A stretch of 63,964 nt of DNA, the filler included, from an uncultured Myxococcia bacterium (GTDB taxonomy: Bacteria > CAZTWC01): assembly GCA_964617105.1 (NCBI GenBank). It is 11 parts of 11 records of this genome, joined end to end, with 100 filler letters (N's around TTAATTAATTAA, not from the genome) between each part and the next. Parts side by side here need not be neighbours in the genome. Positions count along the whole stretch, not along the records: positions 36,479 to 42,333 come from CAZTWC010000243.1; positions 42,434 to 48,239 come from CAZTWC010000244.1; positions 48,340 to 54,132 come from CAZTWC010000245.1; 8 more parts are not named here. The stretch is one strand, 5' to 3'. Positions within the stretch are counted from its first letter, which is position 1; the number at the start of each line of letters is the position of its first letter. Below, piece by piece: positions 41,537 through 50,543 of this stretch. The notes under the pieces are model-generated. The model worked only from the letters and a program-made list of their open reading frames with translations, did not search any database and had not been told where the DNA came from. The position numbers were made by a program, and so were the translations under genes.

Positions 41537-42333
41537 ATGGCCAGTTTAGATCAACGTTCAATCAAAATACGGCAGAATATTTTTGAAATATTACGGATCA
41601 GCCAGAGGGGACACATCGGTTCAGCCCTCTCTCTGGTTGAGATTATCCGAGTTTTGTATGACAAAGTGCTGAATATCCGCCCCCATCAGCCAGATTGGGA
41701 GGATAGAGATCGTTTTATCCTAAGCAAAGGACACGGCTGCCTGGCTCTATATGCAATGCTGGCGGAAAAAGAATTTTTTCCTTCCAGGGAACTTCAACTG
41801 TTCTGCAAGGCTGAGGGGATTTTGGGTGGGCATCCGGAATACTGTAAAATACCGGGAGTTGAGGCTTCTACCGGCGCCCTGGGACATGGTCTTTCTATTG
41901 GCATAGGACAGGCTATAAACAGCCGCTATGAAAAGAGAAATTACCGCACTTTTATTCTGCTGGGAGATGGCGAATGTAACGAAGGCTCAATTTGGGAAGG
42001 AGCCATGTGCGCCAGCAAACACGGCCTGGACAACTTGACAGTTTTAATAGACTACAACAAGCAGCAGTCATACGATTTGGTTAATAAAGTTCAGCCGTTG
42101 GAACCCTTTGCCGATAAATGGAGAAGTTTTAACTTTGCCGTTAAAGAAGTAGATGGACACGATGTTTCGGCTCTGGAAAAAACCTTTAAACAACTGCCCA
42201 TTCATTCAGGAAAACCCAACGCCATTATCTGCCATACCATTAAGGGAAGAGGCGTCTCTTTTGTGGAGGGTGATCTGAGTTGGCACCACAAAAGCCGGAT
42301 CTCTCATAAAGAGATTGATAATTTGATCCAAAG
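41537..42333 (+). CDS. Transketolase-like TPP enzyme, N-terminal subunit of a split enzyme (end truncated)
   Basis: GHIGSALS, FILSKGH, STGALGHG, LGDGECNEG, HTIKG.G, WHH. Confidence 0.9.
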
Positions 42334-42433
42334 NNNNNNNNNNNNNNNNNNNNNNNNNNNNNNNNNNNNNNNNNNNNTTAATTAATTAANNNNNNNNNNN
42401 NNNNNNNNNNNNNNNNNNNNNNNNNNNNNNNNN

Positions 42434-43570
42434 AACAGCAGCGCCAACTCTAAGCTGCTCTTGCTCATCTTTAAAAACCTTGTTGAAATCTACGTGAGAA
42501 GTCATTTTCCCCCAAATAGTATCCAAATTATCCTGCCTTATATTGCCAAAACTAATGGGAGTAAAGTCACAGGGGTTAATATCGCCATAAGGGGTCATGT
42601 GAAACTGAGTATTAGAGGCAAAACAGCCAACTTTTCGGGGTGAATTGACTAGCGATTGAGGAAAGACCCCCATAAGACGCTCTTGCTCAGAGTATTTCCG
42701 GGCCAATTCGACCAAATATTTTCGATTTTCCTCAGTAAGGATCTGATCATAATTTTCAAAAAGTCTCCCAGTGGGTACATAGTCAAAAATGGTTATCTGA
42801 TGAAAACCAAATTCGTAGGCCCGTTGGATCAACTTTTCAATGCTGCCGTCATTGACTTTGCGATTGGATGCATAGGTGGCCATAGAAGTGACTATCCCTT
42901 TTTCTATGCAACGCCGGGCCCCTTTTATCGCCAGGTCAAAAAGTCCCTTTTTCCCTCTAAGTTTGTCATGTTCATCCGGTTCAGGATGATCAAAAGAGAT
43001 CTGAATACCGTGCAGCCCAGTATCTACTAGCCGATCCACGTTTTCATCGGTCAGCAGAGCACCAGAGGTAAAAATGGTGGAGGAACAACGTTTTTTGTCC
43101 ACATAGTCTATCAGATGAAAAATATCCTTACGAACCAGCGGCTCGCCTCCGGTAAAGATACAAAGATAGGCACCTAAATCCTGCATTTGATCGATTACTC
43201 TTTCCATCTCTTGAGTACTCAATTCTATACGACTCTGGTCCTTTTTGTTGTCAGCACTGCAGTGCATACAGTCACAAGGACAATGGTAGGTGACAGCCAG
43301 AGTGCAGGCGGTGGGAGTAACTTTGTTGAAGAGCCATTTATTTATCTGCCGCTCCAGCAGCCGGTGAGTCAACTCTGATGGATGGTAATAGTCCTCCAGG
43401 CTGTAAATATATTGGTCACCCTTCGTATGGATTGGCTTACGGCGGTTTAGTTTAGTGGCAAAACGGGTCAAATAGGATTGCACCTGCTTAGCCAGTAAAC
43501 CCTGGGCAGTAAGGACTAGATTGCCATCAACCCGCTGGGCATCTATCTGTAAATACTGTTTTGAAAACAT
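42434..43570 (-). CDS. Radical SAM protein with SPASM/twitch domain (truncated)
   Basis: CPCDCMHC, FTGGEP, GCFA...H.TPYGDINPCDF. Confidence 0.88.
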
Positions 43571-43610
43571 AATCCCCTCGATTCTGTTAACTTGTTATCA
43601 AGATAAAATT

Positions 43611-43702
43611 TCAATCGCTCCCCATGCTTCGCTCCAGAGAAAATCCAGCCTTTAACAGCATGCTTTCTTCCTGCTCGGGAGTAATCTTGGTTGCTTAGGC
43701 AA
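43611..43702 (-). pseudogene. hicA: Decayed hicA-like toxin remnant
   Basis: Restoring one base gives MPKQPRLTPEQEESMLLKAGFSLERSMGSD-stop, matching the HicA N-terminus pattern MPKLPRLT..EAE.LL..AGF...R.KGSH. Confidence 0.5.
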
Positions 43703-43841
43703 CTTTAACAATTAAAGTTATAATACCAGAAAACACCTTGTTTTAAAAGGGGGGCAGACAAATGCAAAACTATTTTTTCAAAATGACGCTTTTGTGTTAA
43801 TATATTCCATTAATACAGTTCTCTTGACTTTTTGAGAAGAA

Positions 43842-44702
43842 ATGCAAATACCCAGCTGTCCATATATTGACTTGCATACCCATACTACCGCATCTGACGG
43901 TAGTTTCAGCCCGGATCAGTTGGTCAACCTGGCGGTAGAAAAAGGTTTAAGCGCCATCGCCATTACTGATCACGATTGCCTGATGGGAATAGAGCCGGCT
44001 CTTTGTGCTGCCCAGGACAAAAAACTGGAAGTGGTGCCAGGAATAGAGATCAGTATTGATCATCCAGCTAAACCAATGCATATTTTGGGGTTGTATATTG
44101 ACTATTTGTCCCCCGCCCTCACCGGACTCCTGGATTTCCTGGTCAACTCCCGCTATCAACGCAACCAGAGAATAGTTGAAAAACTACAAAAACTGGGCTT
44201 TGACATATCTATGGCAGATGTGGCTTCCTACTCAACCAATGAAGTTATAGGAAGGCCCCATATCGCCACTTGTCTGGTAAAAACCGGACAGGTTGAGAGC
44301 CAAAAAGCGGTGTTTAATGACTTGATAGGATACGGTTGTCCCGCCTATTCAGACCGGGAAAAATTGAGTTCGGCTCTAGGTTTCAAGGCTATCAGCCAAG
44401 CGGGAGGCATACCTATTATTGCCCATCCAGGCCAATGGAAAATGCCCTTTCGCCAGCAAATAAAGGTGCTGGACAGCCTGATTGAAGAAGAGGTTATGGG
44501 ATTGGAGGCTTATTACTCCCAATACTCCAAAGAACGGGAAGACAAGTTTCTTCTCTATTGCCGAAAAAACAGAATTTTAGCCAGTGGTGGAAGCGATTTT
44601 CACGGTATTGCCAAACCAGATGTGCATCTGGGCGTGGTGGGACACAACCGAAGAGTTCCCTACCAGGTACTGAAAGATATAAAGACCAAACTTTCTATAT
44701 AG
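43842..44702 (+). CDS. PHP-domain phosphoesterase (YciV/TrpH-like)
   Basis: DLHTHTTASDG, AITDHD, GIEIS, HILG, GRPHIA, AHP, GGSDFHG. Confidence 0.9.
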   Translation: MQIPSCPYIDLHTHTTASDGSFSPDQLVNLAVEKGLSAIAITDHDCLMGIEPALCAAQDKKLEVVPGIEISIDHPAKPMHILGLYIDYLSPALTGLLDFLVNSRYQRNQRIVEKLQKLGFDISMADVASYSTNEVIGRPHIATCLVKTGQVESQKAVFNDLIGYGCPAYSDREKLSSALGFKAISQAGGIPIIAHPGQWKMPFRQQIKVLDSLIEEEVMGLEAYYSQYSKEREDKFLLYCRKNRILASGGSDFHGIAKPDVHLGVVGHNRRVPYQVLKDIKTKLSI

Positions 44703-44712
44703 GAGAAATATA

Positions 44713-45459
44713 ATGACCAATAAAAACCATTCTGTTACCACCCCTTTTTTGGTGGGTATTGGCGGCGGGACTTGCTCCGGCAAGACCAGCCTAGCCCGAT
44801 GCTTAATCGAGGAGATTCAAGCCATCAACCAGCGGGAAAAATGGTTCGAACCTTTGACTATCAAAATCCTGAGCATGGATAATTTCTACAAACCCTTAAA
44901 ATTTTTTCCAATTCATTGCATTTTCCGCTATGAACTAAATGGAGAAGAAAAACGGGCAAAAAACTTCGATCACCCCGATGCCCTGGACTTGATAGAATAT
45001 ATGGATACCCTGGAGACTTTAACAAACCAGGAGGCATCCAAGATACCGGTTTACGATTTTACCATCCACGACCGAGTCGATCAAATCAACTACTCTCCTG
45101 GTGATATTATTATTTGCGAAGGATTGTACGCCCTGTATAATGGCAGTATTCGCAACGCTAAAAATGAGGTGGATGAACGCCGGATAATCGACTATATGAA
45201 TTATAATATTTTCATGAAAACTCCCCTGGATCAAACCACTGCCCGACGCTTTTTGCGCGATGTTACTGAACGAGAACGCACTCCAGAGAGTATATCTCTG
45301 CAAATTCATCACACAGTTTCGCCCATGTATTTACAATATGTTTATCCCACCAGCATGAATGCCAACCGGGCTATCTCCTGGTCAAAATATACCAAGAGAG
45401 AGACCTCCCGTGATGTTGCCTGGTCAGTGCTGGGCACCATGAGAGATAAGTACTGTTAA
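44713..45459 (+). CDS. udk: Uridine kinase
   Basis: GGTCSGKTS, DNFYK, NFDHPDA, PVYDF..H.R, EG, RR..RDV.ER.R. Confidence 0.85.
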   Translation: MTNKNHSVTTPFLVGIGGGTCSGKTSLARCLIEEIQAINQREKWFEPLTIKILSMDNFYKPLKFFPIHCIFRYELNGEEKRAKNFDHPDALDLIEYMDTLETLTNQEASKIPVYDFTIHDRVDQINYSPGDIIICEGLYALYNGSIRNAKNEVDERRIIDYMNYNIFMKTPLDQTTARRFLRDVTERERTPESISLQIHHTVSPMYLQYVYPTSMNANRAISWSKYTKRETSRDVAWSVLGTMRDKYC

Positions 45460-45490
45460 GCAATTTTTTCTAAAATATTATAACTATTAA

Positions 45491-48239
45491 ATGCAAAATT
45501 ATAAAAGCAACATTCTCTTTTCCCTCCTCTTATTACTAGCCCTTATGCTGTATGGCTGCGGCAAGGGAGCGGTAATCGATCTGGATGCCGATGGACACGC
45601 ACCCGCTTTTTTAGGAGGCGGGGACTGCAATGAGAAAGACCCGTCCATCCATCCCGGTGCTCAAGAAAAACCGGACCAAATCGACAATGACTGCGATGGC
45701 ATTACTGATGAAAACACCATCCTTTTTGACGATGATGGGGACAATTTTCGAGAAATCGACGGGGACTGTGATGACCTTCTGAACACCATTTTTCCCGGCC
45801 AGGTAGAGTTGTGTGACAGTCTGGATAACAACTGCGATGGAAAAACTGATGAAACCTTCTTTGATCTGAACAAAAAATGTGACGGAGAAGATGAGGATTC
45901 CTGCCCCAATGGAAAAATGGAGTGCAGCAGCGATAAATCATCCACAACTTGTAAGGAAGAGGGTGAGGGGGAAACAGAGATATGTGATAATCTGGATAAT
46001 GACTGCGATGGGCTGATAGATGAGAACCTGTTTAAAAACTGTCAATTAAAGGCTGGATATTGCCTGGCGGGCCGGCAATATTGCCGCCAGGGTAAATGGG
46101 GTGAATGCCAAGGTGAAAAGAAAGGTTCTGCCGAGATCTGTGACACAATTGACAATGACTGTGACGGAAAAACCGATGAGGGATTCTCCCTGGGGGAAAA
46201 ATGCAGCCAGGGCCTGGGAATCTGTCTCCAGGAGGGAATAATTGCCTGTAGTTTGGAAAAATCTGCCTGTAATGCTCTAAAAGGTGTTTCAAAGAAAGAA
46301 ATCTGCAATGGGCTGGATGATGACTGTGATGGATTGACAGACAACCATCTCTTTTTTCCCCAATGTGATCTGAACCGGGGAGTTTGCCAGGGAAGTCAAC
46401 AAAAATGTACCCAGGGAAACTGGCAAAAGTGTGTGGCCTCTGATTATGGTAAAAATTACCAGAAAGAGGAAACTAATTGTGACGGACTGGACAACGACTG
46501 TGACGGAACGGTGGATGAAGGATGCCTGTGCCTTAGTGATGGTGCTAAGCCCTGCGGTTCTAATAAGGGTCTATGTAAATCAGGACAGCAAAAATGCCTT
46601 CAGGGCAAATGGGAAGATAAATGTCAGGGAGAGACAGCACCGGTCGAAGATATATGTGACGGACTGGACAATAACTGTGACGGATTGACAGATGAAAAAT
46701 TTCCAAAAGGAGAGGTTTGCTTTATAGGCCAGGGGCAATGCCAAAACCAGGATAAGTATACCTGTTCTGTTGATGGAAAAACCGTGGTCTGTCCTGCTTT
46801 GGCTGTAGAACCGACAAAGGAAATTTGCGATGGTTTGGACAATGACTGTGATGGCCAAACCGATGAACAATTGGGAGAGATCACCTGCGGCCTGGGAGAA
46901 TGCAGCCAAACCGCGGAAGCCTGTTCAGATGGGAAAATTCAAGCCTGTCGTTCAAAGCAGGCTGAAGTGGAGGCTTGCGATGGGCTGGACAACGATTGCG
47001 ATGGTCAAACCGATGAAGACCAAGACCTGGGCGCTATTATCTGTGGCAAAGGGATGTGCCAGATGGTTTTCCCCGCCTGCACCAAGGGACAATGGCAGGA
47101 ATGCCATAATTTACAGCCTGAGTATCAGGCCAAAATGCCTTTACCGGTGCAAGAACCGAGCGCTCAAACCTGTTTCGATGGGTACGACAACGACTGTGAC
47201 GGCAGCATTGATGATGGCTGCGGCGACTGCCGACCAGGAGAACAACAAACCTGCTATTCTGGCAACCCCAAGGCCAGTGCTGGAACAGGTAATTGCCGAG
47301 AGGGAATAAAACACTGTCAATATCGCCAATGGAGCAGTTGCCTCGGTGAAGTGGTTCCGGCGGAAGAGATATGCAACGGATTGGACGATGATTGTGACGG
47401 AAAAGTTGATAACGGACTTTTGGGTTTCAAGATATGTGGCCAGGGGGAATGTCGCCACCTGGTGCAACTCTGCCAGGGAGGTGTTGTTGGAATATGCCGG
47501 ACCGAAAAGCCCAAAAATGAGATCTGCGATGGACTGGATAACGACTGTGACGGAGTGACCGATGAAGACCTTAATGGTATCGCCTTGCTGGCGGAATGTT
47601 ATTCCGGACCTCCAACCACAATGAAAAAGGGTGTATGTCAACCAGGTAAGGGCTGGTGCAAAGAGGGAAAGGTGCCGTTATGCCAGGGGCAAGTCCTACC
47701 TTCAAAGGAGATCTGTGACGGGCTGGATAACGACTGTGACGGGCTGACCGATGAACAGTTGGGTCCAGGCGAATTCTGCCCTCAGCAACAAGGAGTGTGT
47801 CGCGGTTCCCAGGCTGATTGCCGGGGTAAAGAGAAGTATGTGTGTGATACCAAGGTCTATAAGCAACACAGTTTTGCCTTTATGGATGTGGAGTTAAAAT
47901 GCGACTATCTTGACAACGATTGCGATGGTGAAACTGACGAAGGATTCGCCTGGAAAGATGGCTTTTGCGACACCAATGATCAGGATGCCTGCGAATTCGG
48001 TACCTGGAAATGCAACCAGGACGGCTCAGCAGTGGAGTGTGTGGAATATGCCACAGATGTCCAAGAAATTTGCGATTATGGAGACAACGACTGTGATGGG
48101 CAAACCGATGAAGGGGTGGCCAACAGTTGCGGCGGCTGCTCCAGTTTGTCTCAGGAGCCAGGTTCGGAATGCGGTCAGTGCGGGGTGGCATCCTGCCAGG
48201 AACTGGAGGAGATCAAATGTATCGATCCTGGTAAAAACG
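45491..48239 (+). CDS. Cys-rich lipoprotein with at least 15 MopE-like (E.CDG.DNDCDG..DE) putative metal-binding repeats (truncated)
   Basis: Lipobox LYGC; 15 D[N/D][D/N]CDG motifs counted, interspersed with G.C..G...C..G.W..C.G modules. Confidence 0.88.
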
Positions 48240-48339
48240 NNNNNNNNNNNNNNNNNNNNNNNNNNNNNNNNNNNNNNNNNNNNTTAATTAATTAANNNNN
48301 NNNNNNNNNNNNNNNNNNNNNNNNNNNNNNNNNNNNNNN

Positions 48340-48892
48340 ATTTGCTGTCTAGGTTGCCAGTGGGCTCATCGCAAAGCAACACCGCGGGACGATTAAACAG
48401 CGCCCTGGCCACTGCTACCCGCTGCTGTTCACCCCCTGAAAGCCTGGAGGTCTTTTGGCTGGATTTGTTGGACATCTGCACTCCGGCCAACAAATCCAAG
48501 GCTCTCTCCTGCGGTTTGATCTCTGGGGAATTTGGTTCTCCATTGCCGGAAAAATAGAAGGGCAGCATCACATTCTCCAGGGAGGTCAGGTGGGGAAAGA
48601 GGTTGTAATTCTGAAAGACAAAACCGATTTGACTATTTCTAAAACTGGATAGGGAGTTATCATCCAGGTCCATTTTGCGGCCTAAAACCTTTACCTCTCC
48701 CTGAAAATTACGGTCAAGACCGCCAGCAATGTTAAGCAAAGTTGTTTTTCCGCTGCCCGAAGGTCCCAACAGAGCCACAAACTCCCCCATTTTGACCTGT
48801 AGAGATGCCCCGTTAAAAAGGGCGGCTTCCTGGTCTTGAAAAGAGTAAGATTTAACCAGATTTTTAATCTCTATTGCCAAATCGCCGGACAA
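48340..48892 (-). CDS. ABC ATPase, LolD/MacB type (truncated)
   Basis: [31 protein letters not shown]. Confidence 0.9.
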
Positions 48893-48902
48893 TTTTTCAC
48901 TC

Positions 48903-50543
48903 CTACTTGAGTTGAATCCTGGACTCCACCTTCAACCATGGCCCTTGCAGGTGCAAATCTGCTTTGAGTTGGGAAAACTGTTCCATCACTGCAGTGCTAT
49001 TGGACACTATGGTCTTGATTAAAAAAGGCAAGGGTCCCTCGCCTAAACTGCTGGAGTCAAATTTTTTCAGTGAAGCGCTGAGATTTCCAAAATTAAAGTG
49101 CAATCTAAGGCTCGATTCCTGTCGGGTAGTTAACTTTATGGGTAAAAGTTTTTTCAGGCTGTCCTGGCCAATGCCGATAAGTAAATAATTATCCCGCCGG
49201 GCCCACTGGACCGTCAATCCGGGATAGACCTCTGCCAAATCCACCTGCACGATCCGCAATCCCTTTACCTGCTGCTCCTCTAATTGGTATTCCCCCTCTT
49301 TAAACTGTTGTTTAATCCTGGCCAATAACTGTTCAATCACCTCTGGCTGCTGTAATTTCACCAGCAAAAAGCCCTTAAAAAGACGGCCTAAATTCAGTCT
49401 TTCTCCGTATTCCATAATGGGTACTTTAGCCAAATCGGCCAGAGCCATGGCCAGATGCACCTCTCCTCCCAGTGCAAAAGCCAACTGTTCGGGGGTAAGT
49501 CCATATTTCTCCTTGAACAACGCCTTTTGACGGGTAAGTAAAACCGATTGGCGGCTGAATATCTCTTTTATCATAAAATCAGCGGCGCCCTGGGTGTCAA
49601 AGTTGGAACCCAAATAGAAAAAAACCTGGGCCGGAAAAGTAGTTAATTGGGTGGTCTCCTTTGGCTGGACAAAAAAAGGTGCTAAACTGGCCGCTCTCTT
49701 TGGTTTTAATAAAAAACGGCCTGTAATCCAGCCCGTTTTTTGTTTAAAAATCAGAGAAAATATCGAAGACTGCAAACCAATAGCAGCCGCCAATTTTAAC
49801 TTTGGTTGTTGCCCCGGCCGACCTAGTATCACCAGCCCTTTCTCGCGTTCCGCTGGATTTAAGCCGTCAAGTAATTGGACAAACGGTGGCTGAGCATTCG
49901 GCTTTTTAGCATCTTCTGCCCTCAGCCAAAGGGTATGCAGGTAGTCTTCCGAAATATCTTTACCTGCCAAAACCATCAGGCAACGACGGTGAAAATAGGT
50001 GTAGGAAAACATTTTTTGCCGCTTTCCCGATACCTCCAGCCAGGCGGTATAAATTTTCCTGTTTTTGCTTTTGGTTTCAGCCACTTTAACCGCTTTCTGG
50101 TAGGCGGTGGACAAAAAATTTGCCAAAAATTTCTCATACTTTTTCTGATCCTTTATCGGCACCACCCAAAATGGCGTTTTTTTCCCGTTATCCAGGGCCA
50201 TCAGCATGGGTGAATCGACATCTATCCCTTTTTTTTCCATCTCTTTGGGAGAAAGCGGATCCAAACCATACTTAAAACTGAGCCCTATTCTAACCTTTTC
50301 TAACTGATCCTTAATTCGCGGATTAGCTATTTGGCCGGTAAAATCAGCCACACTGCTGAAAAAATTAGCCGGACGATGGATCAAAACGGCAAAATTGGTA
50401 GACGGCGCCAGATAGGCGGAAATTGGTTGACGGGGTTTCTCTTTCGAATTGCAACTGCACTTTTGGCAACCTGCTAAGCCCAGTACCGACAGGCAAATAA
50501 ATATTACTACTGCCGGTAAACTGGAATTGGAAAAAAACATCAT
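48903..50543 (-). CDS. Hypothetical lipoprotein (DUF3352-like architecture)
   Basis: Lipobox LAGC..CSC; GLDP...GID...P; translationally coupled between the protease and the ABC ATPase. Confidence 0.55.
   Translation of the reverse strand: MMFFSNSSLPAVVIFICLSVLGLAGCQKCSCNSKEKPRQPISAYLAPSTNFAVLIHRPANFFSSVADFTGQIANPRIKDQLEKVRIGLSFKYGLDPLSPKEMEKKGIDVDSPMLMALDNGKKTPFWVVPIKDQKKYEKFLANFLSTAYQKAVKVAETKSKNRKIYTAWLEVSGKRQKMFSYTYFHRRCLMVLAGKDISEDYLHTLWLRAEDAKKPNAQPPFVQLLDGLNPAEREKGLVILGRPGQQPKLKLAAAIGLQSSIFSLIFKQKTGWITGRFLLKPKRAASLAPFFVQPKETTQLTTFPAQVFFYLGSNFDTQGAADFMIKEIFSRQSVLLTRQKALFKEKYGLTPEQLAFALGGEVHLAMALADLAKVPIMEYGERLNLGRLFKGFLLVKLQQPEVIEQLLARIKQQFKEGEYQLEEQQVKGLRIVQVDLAEVYPGLTVQWARRDNYLLIGIGQDSLKKLLPIKLTTRQESSLRLHFNFGNLSASLKKFDSSSLGEGPLPFLIKTIVSNSTAVMEQFSQLKADLHLQGPWLKVESRIQLK

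Noticed and set aside
45491..48239. Recurring GACAACGACTGTGACGG-like DNA repeats as a CRISPR array
   Set aside because: Degenerate at third codon positions, irregularly spaced and in frame: protein repeats. No cas genes.
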